Assembly (NCBI GenBank): GCA_041746575.1
Contig: JBGTGT010000078.1
Span: 1 to 29,705 of the forward strand
Length of the DNA stretch: 29,705 nt
Reading direction: 5' to 3'
From: Microcystaceae cyanobacterium
Lineage (GTDB): Bacteria > Cyanobacteriota > Cyanobacteriia > Cyanobacteriales > Microcystaceae
The notes beneath the pieces were generated by a model. The model did no database searches. It saw nothing but the letters and a program-made list of their open reading frames with translations, and was not told the origin of the DNA. Shown here piece by piece: positions 1 through 9,918 of this stretch; positions within the stretch are counted from its first letter, which is position 1; the number at the start of each line of letters is the position of its first letter. Position numbers and translations under genes: made by a program.

Positions 1-140
1 CGAAATTTTGTGGAAATTTATCAAATATGAATGGGTTCAAATCAACACTTATGAGAGTTGGACTAGCTTACTTAACTATCTGAAAAAAGTGCTTGACAAC
101 TTTGGCACAGAATATGCAATTAATTTTGTCTAGGTACTTA
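1..140 (+). mobile_element. Right end of an IS630-family insertion sequence (transposase C-terminus, terminal repeat, TA target)
   Basis: Frame 2..133 reads EILWKFIKYEWVQINTYESWTSLLNYLKKVLDNFGTEYAINFV*, resembling the IS630 DDE C-terminus after the PELNxIE motif. The sequence ends AATTAATTTTGTCTAGGTACT-TA, and IS630 elements duplicate TA. Confidence 0.85.
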
Positions 141-340
141 TTATGATCTTGGTTTGGATTTAACAGCCAAATCAATCCGGGGGTAATCGAAATACGGTCA
201 TTAATCGCATAGCGATAAAATCCTTCAAGATGCCAAGGAACGTCCACTTCAAAAGGTTGAGGATTTCCTCCTCGAAAATGGGTTAAATAAGGTTGCGCAC
301 CGACGACAAATCCGAGTAGTTACCTTCTTTGCCTAAATCA
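141..340 (-). pseudogene. C-terminal remnant of a cyanobacterial SLH/OprB-type (iron uptake/carbohydrate) porin
   Basis: Minus strand reads DLGKEGN-(1-nt frameshift near 318)-LGFVVGAQPYLTHFRGGNPQPFEVDVPWHLEGFYRYAINDRISITPGLIWLLNPNQDHN. The E-x-FYRY...ISITPG motif is typical of these porins. Cut at both ends by IS-like ends. Confidence 0.8.
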
Positions 341-355
341 AACCTGAGTTTGGGA

Positions 356-506
356 TCTGACGGGGTGACGATGTGGCTAAATATAAATCTTTTAATATTT
401 TGTACATTCGGTCGGAGTTCTTGATTACTGGCCGAATCTTTTTGACCATAAAATCGCCCTATTACCTACACCATATAGCTTTTCATGGGGGTGTCACCCC
501 GTCAGA
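356..506. mobile_element. ~150-bp MITE or internally deleted IS with 14-bp perfect terminal inverted repeats
   Basis: TCTGACGGGGTGAC (356-369) is the exact reverse complement of GTCACCCCGTCAGA (493-506). No full transposase lies between them. Confidence 0.7.
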
Positions 507-608
507 ACACGCCTCTTCCATCCCTCACTTTACAGGGTAGTTTCACAATCAAATTTAAGATTGACCTTACTCAATCTCGATTGCCCGTATCATTGCCAAT
601 ATGACTAA

Positions 609-632
609 TAAGATTGAATTTAAGATTGAATT
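609..632. repeat. Tandem 12-bp duplication TAAGATTGAATT x2
   Basis: 609-620 and 621-632 are identical and abut the stop codon of the 632..1216 ORF. Confidence 0.75.
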
Positions 633-1216
633 TAATGAGGGTAAACTTTAGTATAGTTTTCGGGTTCGATATAGCGACCATCACAACTGGTTTTCATACG
701 GTATTCCACCAATTTAAATTGATCTTTGTGCCATTGATATTGCGCCCAAGCTCCACAATCGGCTAAACCGCGATATTGAGTGATCAGGGTAAGGGTTTGA
801 CGCTGGGTATCATAATCTGTTAATCCGCCTAAAAATTTAGCTTTCCGTTTGGTTATCTGCTGGGAAGGTGTTGCTTCAAAAGCTTCAAAAACAAGGGATT
901 TCAGCGAGGGATGATAAAATTGCTTTTCGTAAAGAAAGTATTGATAATTTCCTTGATATGCGCCCAAAAAGCAAAGAAATTCAATGATTGCCGTATTTTG
1001 ATCAATCGGATAAACCTTCAAATTTTGGGAGGCAATATCTTGATCAATTTCCCCTTGGCATAAATCAAGTTTTTGACGATTTTGATAAAGATAAGCAAAG
1101 ATATCTTGGTTTATTGTTTCTGATTTTAGGTCAAATTGATTAGAGAAAGAACATCCCCCTAGCGACAGAATTAGTACCCCTATTGTTAAACTATTGAAAA
1201 ATAAAAGTTTCATCAT
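632..1216 (-). CDS. DUF1176-like lipoprotein
   Basis: Lipobox LGGC after a hydrophobic stretch; CFLGAYQ and YRGLADCG...YQW motifs resemble DUF1176. Confidence 0.7.
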   Translation of the reverse strand: MMKLLFFNSLTIGVLILSLGGCSFSNQFDLKSETINQDIFAYLYQNRQKLDLCQGEIDQDIASQNLKVYPIDQNTAIIEFLCFLGAYQGNYQYFLYEKQFYHPSLKSLVFEAFEATPSQQITKRKAKFLGGLTDYDTQRQTLTLITQYRGLADCGAWAQYQWHKDQFKLVEYRMKTSCDGRYIEPENYTKVYPH

Positions 1217-1241
1217 AAAATTAACTATCTTATTTTAATAA

Positions 1242-2291
1242 TTAACTGAAATTACAAATAGATTGAGGAAAAACAGGACATATTTTTTCTAGAATAGGAT
1301 TATTTTTTAAAGATAATTGTTCAAGTTTTTTTAATCTTTTCAAAGGACGAACATCAACAATTTGATTGTTTTCTAATTTTAGATCTTTTAGATTTTTTAG
1401 GGAAAATAAGGGTTTAATATCTACAATTTTATTACTGTTAAGATATAACGTTTCTAACTTAAACAAATGAGATAATCCATCCAGATGAATAATATTATTT
1501 TGATCTAAAATCACTAATTTGAGATGACGCAGATGAGTTAAAGGCTCAATTGAATCTATTTTATTATCGGCGGCAATCAGACTACTAAAATGTTTAAGCT
1601 GACTTAGGGGGGTTAGGTCTTGCACTTGATTTTGCAATATAGAAAGTGCGCTAAGTTCGGGATTAGAAGCGAGAGGCGTAATATTTTGTATCTTATTTTG
1701 ATCGAGAATTATCACTTTCAGATTGGGCAAAGATTGAAGCGGTGTTAACTCTCTAATTTGATTAGAGGGAAGATAAAGCCGTTTCAGTTGCTTCAAATTT
1801 TTTAGAGGAGTCAGATCAGAAACTTGATTATTCCACATCCAAAGGGATTCTAATTTTGTGAAATCCTGAAGTGCGGCTAGGTTATTAATATTATTATTAG
1901 ACAATTCTAGCTGAGTTAAGCCCGTCAGAGACGAAAGCGGAGCAATATTAGTAATCTCATTATCTGCCAAAGATAGTTCAGTAATATTCTTGAGAGAAGA
2001 AAGGGGCAATAAATCTTGGATTCCTGTTCCTGATAAGTCTAGAGAATGAAGTTGAACAAGTTTTTGTGAAGCGAATCCACAGTCCGTAGCACCCGTTTTT
2101 TCGATTAAGACCTGAATGGTGTATTGTGTTTGAGGTTCTAAAGTGCTTAAATTTAAACACAACTGAGTAAATTCTATGGCTGCATAACTGTTGGTAAGAC
2201 TCACCATCAATCGGAAAACAAATATTCCCAAAAGAATACTCAATAAAATTCTGAGGCGTACAATTCGACAGCGCAGTGTTTTCAAAAACAT
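1242..2291 (-). CDS. Internalin-like leucine-rich repeat protein, probably exported
   Basis: About 12 22-aa LxxLxLxxNxIxDLxPL repeats, N-terminal hydrophobic segment, Cys-containing N- and C-caps. Exact start uncertain. Confidence 0.9.
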   Translation of the reverse strand: MFLKTLRCRIVRLRILLSILLGIFVFRLMVSLTNSYAAIEFTQLCLNLSTLEPQTQYTIQVLIEKTGATDCGFASQKLVQLHSLDLSGTGIQDLLPLSSLKNITELSLADNEITNIAPLSSLTGLTQLELSNNNINNLAALQDFTKLESLWMWNNQVSDLTPLKNLKQLKRLYLPSNQIRELTPLQSLPNLKVIILDQNKIQNITPLASNPELSALSILQNQVQDLTPLSQLKHFSSLIAADNKIDSIEPLTHLRHLKLVILDQNNIIHLDGLSHLFKLETLYLNSNKIVDIKPLFSLKNLKDLKLENNQIVDVRPLKRLKKLEQLSLKNNPILEKICPVFPQSICNFS

Positions 2292-2343
2292 CAAATGCTT
2301 TTAATGAGTCGAGTAAAAGATGTTGCTATTATATCTCAAACTT

Positions 2344-5300
2344 CTAAAAACGATGTTCATACTCAATCATTCCGCGACTATCATCTTCAAAATTACTTGA
2401 GCCTCTAAATCGAAGGTTTTCGTTAACTCGATAACGAATTCCCCATTGCGGAGGGCGATCGCTATTGAGTATTTTCAAGACGGAAAAAGACAAATTATCC
2501 CAAACGTCAATACTGGCTTCAGCGGCAATCCCCACCTGAGCATCTCGCGCTCTTCCCGTTTCCTCAATTAGGGGTGTGGGAAAAATGCGAAATTCACTTA
2601 ATCCTAAAGCAGAGCCAATTCGATTCTGTACGGTGCCTAGAACAATCGTTCCTGCTAAATTGGCTAAGTCAATTCCTGTATTCTCTTTATCTTCCAAATT
2701 CGCTAAACTTCCACCTAAAAGCGTTAAAATTTCTTTTTCACTGCGCTTCGGCTCACTATTAAAGCTAATGTTGTCTTTAAGCTGACTGATAAATCCTTTT
2801 ACATTGGCTTCGATCCGAACCGTTTGAAAGCTATCTTGGTTAGCCGTAAAGGGATCGTTGATTTCAGAGGAAGAAGGGTCAATACGGATAGTTTTAGCTG
2901 TTGTTGAGGTCGTTTCAGGAACTGAGGTCGCTAAATTTAGGTTCAAGTAGGGATCAAGTCCGCTTTCAGGAAAAAACTGCACCGTATTATTGTTTCCGAC
3001 TAAACGAAGTTGACTGGCTAAGAGATTAACTTGTCCCCCCGTGAGGTAAATTTGTCCGGTAGGATGGAGATCATTGAGGTCACCATGGAGTATCAAGTGA
3101 CCGACCGCCGAAAAATTAAGAATAGGTTGATTAATCAGTCGAATATTGTCACCCAAACTAATTTGAAGCTGATTAAAGCGAATTGACTGAGGCGAAGTTT
3201 CTTGAGGATTGGCCGGTTTTTGCCATCCTTCTCCCAACAACACTTTCCCTTGATAGAGTTCAATATGACCGCCCATTTGAGGGCTGAGGACACTTCCAGT
3301 CATCGCCAATTGACCTCTAATGCCTCCTTCATAGATGTCCGGTAACTTAAACCCCAAATTAGCAAAAGAGGCTGTTAGTGGTTTTTTTTGCGGAGTTTCT
3401 TTGAGAATTGGCAGAGAACCACTCATGGCTACCTCTCCCCCACTTAAAACCCCTGTCAAATACTTAACATGAATACGATCTAAATTAACGTCAATTATCC
3501 CATTAACTTGGGTTAAAGGCTTTTCTGGAATCACAGCAGATTGAAGGGTTGCATCAGCGATTTCAATCAAGCCTCTGGCATCAATATTATTTATTTCTTG
3601 AGTTTTGGGATTTATTTGCCCAAAAATCGCTAAATTAACATCTCCTTTACCTCCTTGCCACGTTAATTGTTCCTGCGTCAATAAATTCAGTAAGGCTAAA
3701 CCCTCATCTTTAACCCTTAAATCAAAGGAAAATTGATCACTTTGGGGTTTAATAGTCGCAAAAGCCAATTGATAAGGCAGTTCTCCCTTTATTTTGACCG
3801 ATTCTCCCTCAGTGCCAAGATGACTATCAATATTAAAATGAAGCCGAGCATTCCGATAAGAGAACTGTCCGTAAGTCTGTTGAAGATTGACCTGATTAAA
3901 CGTCAGGTTATTGAGCGTAATCATTCCCTGTGCGAGAGGATTAATCCGACTTCCCCCTAGTTTTAGATCTGCATTAACCAACCCATTTAAGTTAACATTT
4001 TCAGGCACATTCATTAACGTTTTAAAAGGTTCTAAAGGAACGTTAACTACTTGTAATTGACCCGATTGATAATAGGATTCAAAGCGTCCAGCGAGGGAAA
4101 TAAAACTGGTGCCTGAGGTAATCTGCAAGGGTGAAAAAATTAGTGTTCCATTTTGCCATTTACCCGTTGCTTGTAACTGATCAAATTGCCAATTTGCCCA
4201 TTGCCATCTTTGTCCAAAAAGATTAAATTGTGCTTGAAGATCAGAAGAAGAAGACATTTTGAGCGATAAAGTTCCTTTAAGATCCCCTTTAAGCTCCGCT
4301 AAAGACGGCAAAGCGGGATGATGTGTCTGATTCGGCGACTTTCGAGCCTGTTGTTCTAAGATAAATTTAAAATACGCTAAGTGTTCTTCTAATGACCCCT
4401 GAGAGAGTCCCGCTTCCGCTAAAGGTGTTGAAGAAACAACAGGAGAATCACCATATAAATCGGATGCTTTTTGATAATTCGGTGGCGAAATACCTCGATT
4501 AAAATCAGACACCTCAAATAGATGTAAGGATTCTAAAATATCTTCTAGTTTACCTGTAATGATATTAATATCTGCCACTAAGCTAGGATTATTTTCCTTG
4601 AATGCGACTTTGCCATCTATTTGAAAGCGACTATTTTTAATTTGTAATTGGGTTTCTTTGACAACTAATAAATCGTTAAAATAGCGAAATGTTCCCGTCA
4701 GTTTGTCTCCTTTCAACCAGTCTAATTGAGGTTGATTGATCACTACCTTTCTGCCAACCACAGCAAAATTGTTTAGATCAATGGTAACGTTTCCTGAAAC
4801 ACTTCCTAATATTGTTTTTGATCTTAAGTTTAGCGGAAAATTTGACAAGTTCCGGAGTAAAGAAAGGGGAAGATTCTGACTTTCTAAATAAAGTTGCTGA
4901 TGCTCTTTTAATCCGGTGAGTTGAATGTCTTGATGTTTGATGAAGAAGGTTAACGGTTGATAGTAATTATTGAGTTGAAGCTTGAGTTTATCCGATAATC
5001 CTGCTAACGCTAATTGTATGCCCCTTTGATTCGATTGAATGTGACCATCTAAGGCTTTTTCAAAGTTTAAATCTGCTAGATAAAAATCAATTAATGATAA
5101 ATTCCCATTGATTTGAGGGTTATTAAAGTTACCAGCAATTGTTCCCGTAAAATCGATCTCTCCTCCATAATTACTTTTTCCAATCTGAGCAGAAATAGGA
5201 AGAGGTAACGCTTTAATATCTAACCCTTTAGCGGCTAATTGTAAATCCAAAGATTCAATAGCGTTTTCGAGATTTTTGCTTAACGTTTCAGCATTAATTT

Positions 5301-7791
5301 CTATCTTTCCTTTTCCTTTTAACCCAGTTGCTTTTGCCTCTTTAATTTCTAAAATTTGATCTGACCACTGAAATGAAGTTGATAAGGGTCGAGCAAAGAA
5401 AGGCAACCCTTTAGATAATGTGATATTTCCCTCTGCTTGGAGATTTTGAAAATTCAGTTTATTAAGATTGCCTTGGACTGATAAATTTCCCTCTAACGTT
5501 CCTTTTAACTGCTTGGAAAACTGAGATAATCCAAAAGATTGAGGCATCAAGTTTATGTGAAAATGACCTTGATTTAGTTGCAATGAATTAACGGTAATTG
5601 CACCTTGAGAAACTTGAATCTTTCCTTGTCCACTTCCTTGGAGAGAAGATCTGATATTACTTAGATTATTATCTACATTTCCTTTTAAATTAAGCGATCC
5701 CGTAAACTGATTTGCTGGTAGATTAAAAGAATCAATAAGTAAAGATTTAAGATTCAAACGCTGAGTATAAAGATTCGTTTGCCACTGACCTTGAGCTAAG
5801 CGAAAATCTTCAATTTGAATAAGGCCGTAAGGTAACCTCAATTGACCCTTTCCTTGTCCTCGAATTGTCTTTAAAGAAAAAGATTGTTTGAGATCTCCTT
5901 GTGCTGTAAATTCGCTTTGTAAAAGACCTTTATATTGAGAAGGAATGGTCGTACTTAAATATTCTGTTTTAAGATGATATGTTGCAAAGTTTCCCCACCA
6001 TTGACCTTGAGATAAATGAAAATCAGAAGCCGTAATTTTTCCCTTTTCTAGCTCAATGTCTCCCTTGCCCTGTATTTGCAAATGCTCCAATGCTAAAATG
6101 TCTGGTTCTCCTTTAATCTTAAACTGTCCAGATAAATCGCCTTTTCGAAAAGATGCTGATAGGAAAAGAGGAAAGTTACTTAAAGATAAATTTGCTAAAT
6201 TAACTGATGCTTGCCAGCCATTATTGCTATAGGAAAACTGATTGAGATTAACCAATCCCTGTGCCATTGGCAAAGTTGCTGTTCCTACAATGGTTAAACT
6301 ATCAGATTGATTAAAATTGCCCACAATATTGGCTTTTCCGGTTAATAAACCTATCGTCGAAGGTAAAATTTGGGATCGAATATAGTGTTTTGCAATCGGT
6401 TGAGGAGGAAGATTATTAAATACTAAGTTGAGATGATAATCTGATGCTCTAAAACTCGTTTGTTGATTTTGGACAGAGGATTCAAGCTTAATTTTTCCGT
6501 TGCCCTGAATCTGTCCACCTAACGTGGGTGTTGCCGTTAAAGCGTTCACATAAATTCGTGAAGAATCAAGACTTAAACTCGCTTCTATCTTGGCAAAATT
6601 AAACTGATCAACTTGAATTTTTTGATCATTAATTGCTTGGATTGAAATCTGAGGATTGCTCGATTTTCCTTGAATTTTGACTAAACTTTTAACCTTGCCC
6701 TTAATCGGTACTGCGACAGTTGGTAAGGATAAAGATTGAGTAATTTGATGGATAGAACTTGACTGAGTTTGTACCGCTAGATTAATCTGATTATTGAGGG
6801 ATAAATTGCCTGTTATATTACCTTGAATTTGATGTAACTTTGCTTTGACCTGATCAAAATGGATGACTTCTCCTTTCAATCGTAAATCTCCTTGAATTTG
6901 GGTTATGGGTTTTGACAATTCAGGAAAACTAGCCATTACTTGATTTAAGGTGGCAATTCCTTGTAATTGAGGTAACTGATTTGCGGTAAAATGAATATCT
7001 AAATTGCTATTAACCGTTCCTGCTTTTATCGTTAAAGGAAGAGATAAAATCTTGTCAACTTCCGTGATCGGTAGCTGATGAGCTTGAATCGATAAATTGA
7101 CCGACTGAGTGGCCGGTTGAGCGACCCCTGAAACCGTTAATTTTCCTTTATCTAAACTTGATTCAATTTTAAAATTAAGTAACTTACCTTGATCAATTAA
7201 TTCTAATTCGCCGTTGGTATTCTGAATCTGAATCGGTGTTTTTAACTGTCCCTTAGAAGAACGAACCACTAAACTGGCCTTTGCTTGTTTCCACTGCAAT
7301 CTTTTCAACTGAACAGGATAATTGTTTTCCAACTTATCAAAAGGTGTTAATAACCATTCTCTCGCTTTCCCTTGCTGGAGATATAAATTAGGTTCAATGG
7401 CAGTGACATCAATTTTTAATTTATGTTGAGTCAATAAAACCCAAATATTGTAACGAATATTTAGCCCTTCCATGGATATTTTAGCTGGATCATTTTCTAC
7501 TGCTAAAATTTCACTTTCACCAAAACGAACACTACCCAATCTAAAAGACTCAACCTGACCTAAATTCACGGGACGATTGAGAAAATTGGCTAATTCTTTC
7601 TCAACTTTAGGGGTCAATTCTTGTTGTAAATAAAGCCAAATGTAAAATAATCCTCCTCCTAGATTAATGAGGATAATTCCACCGATTCCCAGTAATAATT
7701 TCCTACGCCATTTAGGGGATACTTTCTTTTGAGACGAACGTAATAGGCTATCTTCTGGCGATTGACCAGAACGGGAAGGTTTTGTTATCAT
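2344..7791 (-). CDS. tamB: Translocation/assembly module TamB (DUF490/AsmA-like) protein
   Basis: 1815 aa with an N-terminal TM anchor, long beta-taco-like repeats, and a C-terminal DUF490-like end (GLDPYLNL...YRVNENLRFRGSSNF...IEYEHRF). Confidence 0.85.
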   Translation of the reverse strand: MITKPSRSGQSPEDSLLRSSQKKVSPKWRRKLLLGIGGIILINLGGGLFYIWLYLQQELTPKVEKELANFLNRPVNLGQVESFRLGSVRFGESEILAVENDPAKISMEGLNIRYNIWVLLTQHKLKIDVTAIEPNLYLQQGKAREWLLTPFDKLENNYPVQLKRLQWKQAKASLVVRSSKGQLKTPIQIQNTNGELELIDQGKLLNFKIESSLDKGKLTVSGVAQPATQSVNLSIQAHQLPITEVDKILSLPLTIKAGTVNSNLDIHFTANQLPQLQGIATLNQVMASFPELSKPITQIQGDLRLKGEVIHFDQVKAKLHQIQGNITGNLSLNNQINLAVQTQSSSIHQITQSLSLPTVAVPIKGKVKSLVKIQGKSSNPQISIQAINDQKIQVDQFNFAKIEASLSLDSSRIYVNALTATPTLGGQIQGNGKIKLESSVQNQQTSFRASDYHLNLVFNNLPPQPIAKHYIRSQILPSTIGLLTGKANIVGNFNQSDSLTIVGTATLPMAQGLVNLNQFSYSNNGWQASVNLANLSLSNFPLFLSASFRKGDLSGQFKIKGEPDILALEHLQIQGKGDIELEKGKITASDFHLSQGQWWGNFATYHLKTEYLSTTIPSQYKGLLQSEFTAQGDLKQSFSLKTIRGQGKGQLRLPYGLIQIEDFRLAQGQWQTNLYTQRLNLKSLLIDSFNLPANQFTGSLNLKGNVDNNLSNIRSSLQGSGQGKIQVSQGAITVNSLQLNQGHFHINLMPQSFGLSQFSKQLKGTLEGNLSVQGNLNKLNFQNLQAEGNITLSKGLPFFARPLSTSFQWSDQILEIKEAKATGLKGKGKIEINAETLSKNLENAIESLDLQLAAKGLDIKALPLPISAQIGKSNYGGEIDFTGTIAGNFNNPQINGNLSLIDFYLADLNFEKALDGHIQSNQRGIQLALAGLSDKLKLQLNNYYQPLTFFIKHQDIQLTGLKEHQQLYLESQNLPLSLLRNLSNFPLNLRSKTILGSVSGNVTIDLNNFAVVGRKVVINQPQLDWLKGDKLTGTFRYFNDLLVVKETQLQIKNSRFQIDGKVAFKENNPSLVADINIITGKLEDILESLHLFEVSDFNRGISPPNYQKASDLYGDSPVVSSTPLAEAGLSQGSLEEHLAYFKFILEQQARKSPNQTHHPALPSLAELKGDLKGTLSLKMSSSSDLQAQFNLFGQRWQWANWQFDQLQATGKWQNGTLIFSPLQITSGTSFISLAGRFESYYQSGQLQVVNVPLEPFKTLMNVPENVNLNGLVNADLKLGGSRINPLAQGMITLNNLTFNQVNLQQTYGQFSYRNARLHFNIDSHLGTEGESVKIKGELPYQLAFATIKPQSDQFSFDLRVKDEGLALLNLLTQEQLTWQGGKGDVNLAIFGQINPKTQEINNIDARGLIEIADATLQSAVIPEKPLTQVNGIIDVNLDRIHVKYLTGVLSGGEVAMSGSLPILKETPQKKPLTASFANLGFKLPDIYEGGIRGQLAMTGSVLSPQMGGHIELYQGKVLLGEGWQKPANPQETSPQSIRFNQLQISLGDNIRLINQPILNFSAVGHLILHGDLNDLHPTGQIYLTGGQVNLLASQLRLVGNNNTVQFFPESGLDPYLNLNLATSVPETTSTTAKTIRIDPSSSEINDPFTANQDSFQTVRIEANVKGFISQLKDNISFNSEPKRSEKEILTLLGGSLANLEDKENTGIDLANLAGTIVLGTVQNRIGSALGLSEFRIFPTPLIEETGRARDAQVGIAAEASIDVWDNLSFSVLKILNSDRPPQWGIRYRVNENLRFRGSSNFEDDSRGMIEYEHRF

Positions 7792-7938
7792 AATTGTCTC
7801 TCACACCACAACCACATTAACGCCAAAAGCGGTTTGTTGCCTTTCATTATAATCTTTCTTTTCAAAATCACCAGAAAGGTATTAGAAGATTCCTCGCCGC
7901 TTGAAATGATAAGATAACGAACAAACAACGATTCAATC

Positions 7939-9420
7939 ATGATTCAAGTAATTAATATGGATATTTGCGCAACAGAGACGCTACCGCTTAACTGGATGGG
8001 AGAAACCCTTGCCATCGGATATGGAGAAACCGACCTCGACACCCGTGCTTTGGACGAAAAATTAGGTGGAATCCTTCAAGAACTCATTCAAGAGTTTGAA
8101 TTTGAAGGAAAATTAGGTCAAACGGCTTTTACTCGTTTAACTGGACAGTCTCCCTTCCGCAAAATTATCTTAGTGGGGTTAGGAAAAACCGAAGACTACG
8201 CTTTAAATACTGTTCGAGAAGCCACCGCCGCGATCGCCCGCCTAGCCAAACAACAAAATGTTAAGCAATTAGCCATCAGTTTACCCCAAAAAGATTACGA
8301 TGGCGCAATTATCAGTCAAATAATCACAGAAGCCCTAATTTTAACGCTACATATTGATAATCGCTTCAAATCTGAACCCGAAGATAAAGGCGCAAAACTA
8401 GAAACCGTAGAAATTTTGGGTGTAGGTACGCAAGATTCAGCGATTACTAAAGCTCAGCATATTTGTACCGGCGTTATCCTAGCACGGGAAATGGTAGCCG
8501 CCCCCGCTAACGAAGTAACTCCTCTCACTTTTGCCAGTATTGCCCAAGAACTGGCCGACGAATATGGGCTTTCGGTAGAAATTTTAGAAAAAGAAGACTG
8601 CGAAAGACAAGGAATGGGGGCTTATCTCGGTGTAGCGATGGCCTCAGACTTACCACCGAAATTTATTCACCTAACCTATACACCCCAAGGCACACCAAAA
8701 CAAAAGTTGGCGATTGTCGGTAAAAGCTTAACCTTTGATTCAGGGGGATTAAACATCAAAGGCGCAGGAAGTGGCATTGAAACCATGAAAATGGATATGG
8801 GAGGCGGTGCAGCCACTCTAGGCGCAGCTAAAGCGATCGCTCAGCTTAAACCCGACGTTGAAGTTCATTTTATCTGTGCTGCCACCGAAAATATGATCAG
8901 TGGTCACGCCATGCACCCCGGCGATATCCTCAAAGCATCCAACGGTAAAACCATTGAAGTCAACAATACTGACGCCGAAGGTCGCCTAACCCTCGCCGAT
9001 GCCCTTGTTTTTGCCGAAAATCTGGGAGTTGATGCCATTGTTGACTTAGCCACCTTGACAGGAGCTTGTATTATTGCCTTGGGTGACAATATTTCGGGAT
9101 TATGGACAACCCATGACGGATTAGGCAACCAGCTTAAAGCCGCTGCCGAAGGTGCAGGAGAGCAATTCTGGCAAATGCCCCTCGAAGAAAAGTATTTTGA
9201 GGGTTTAAAGTCTCCTATCGCTGATATGAAGAATACAGGTCCACGGGCAGGGGGGTCAATTACGGCCGCCTTATTCCTCAAGCAATTTATCAAAGAAACT
9301 CCTTGGGCGCACTTAGATATTGCAGGACCTGTGTGGGCAGAAAAAGAAAATGGACTTAATAACGCAGGAGCAACTGGTTTTCCGGTCAGAACTCTGGTCA
9401 ATTGGGTTTTAAATCAATAA
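7939..9420 (+). CDS. pepA: Leucyl aminopeptidase (M17)
   Basis: [26 protein letters not shown] and AHLDIAG motifs. The true start may be ATG 7957. Confidence 0.97.
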   Translation: MIQVINMDICATETLPLNWMGETLAIGYGETDLDTRALDEKLGGILQELIQEFEFEGKLGQTAFTRLTGQSPFRKIILVGLGKTEDYALNTVREATAAIARLAKQQNVKQLAISLPQKDYDGAIISQIITEALILTLHIDNRFKSEPEDKGAKLETVEILGVGTQDSAITKAQHICTGVILAREMVAAPANEVTPLTFASIAQELADEYGLSVEILEKEDCERQGMGAYLGVAMASDLPPKFIHLTYTPQGTPKQKLAIVGKSLTFDSGGLNIKGAGSGIETMKMDMGGGAATLGAAKAIAQLKPDVEVHFICAATENMISGHAMHPGDILKASNGKTIEVNNTDAEGRLTLADALVFAENLGVDAIVDLATLTGACIIALGDNISGLWTTHDGLGNQLKAAAEGAGEQFWQMPLEEKYFEGLKSPIADMKNTGPRAGGSITAALFLKQFIKETPWAHLDIAGPVWAEKENGLNNAGATGFPVRTLVNWVLNQ

Positions 9421-9525
9421 ATTGCTCTTGGTTCGCCGAAATTGATGACCTCCCATCAAAAATGGCATAGGGTAACCTTCTTGTCAAAGATTCTGACAAT
9501 GTGCTAGGATGAGGCCTGCCTAAAT

Positions 9526-9607
9526 GCGGATGTGGTGGAATTGGTAGACACGCACGTTTGAGGGGCGTGTGGCTTACGCCATGCGAGTTCAAGTCTCGCC
9601 ATCCGCA
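9526..9607 (+). tRNA. trnL-GAG: tRNA-Leu (anticodon GAG)
   Basis: Acceptor stem GCGGATG/CATCCGC, D-loop GGAATTGGTAGAC, anticodon arm CACGT-TTGAGGG-GCGTG, long variable arm, T-loop GTTCAAGT, discriminator A. CCA is not encoded. Confidence 0.97.
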
Positions 9608-9918
9608 TCTCGATTTGACCAATAACATCCAACAGTCGTGCGGTAACGCGGAAACCCATCCTTCGCTACCCAATTTACCGTTTCATCCTTTTAAACCCAA
9701 TAATGCAGAGATGGGGTGATAGGGAGAGTTAACGGTTTGCTGATTACTATTTACGGGTTACTGTTCACTAATTACTGTTATTTCTGGTAACAAAGTTTGG
9801 TAGAGTAGATCCCAATGCCCTTGGCGAAGTGCAAATACCGCTCAAGATCATTGATCTGAAACCCAAAGCAATTTGCATAACCAATTTTTACATGGAGATT
9901 GACAAAGCGAGGTTGACC

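Noticed and set aside
8904..9401. 165-aa antisense ORF inside pepA (similar shadows in tamB, psbO, sigF, crtP, crtB, lepA, groES/groEL)
   Set aside because: They overlap well-conserved genes on the opposite strand or in another frame and have no recognisable motifs; codon-bias shadows.
9398..9673. 91-aa minus-strand ORF
   Set aside because: It is the antisense translation of tRNA-Leu and its flanks.
9526..9720. tRNA-Leu as an island integration site
   Set aside because: No integrase and no duplicated tRNA 3' end seen; flanked by core genes.
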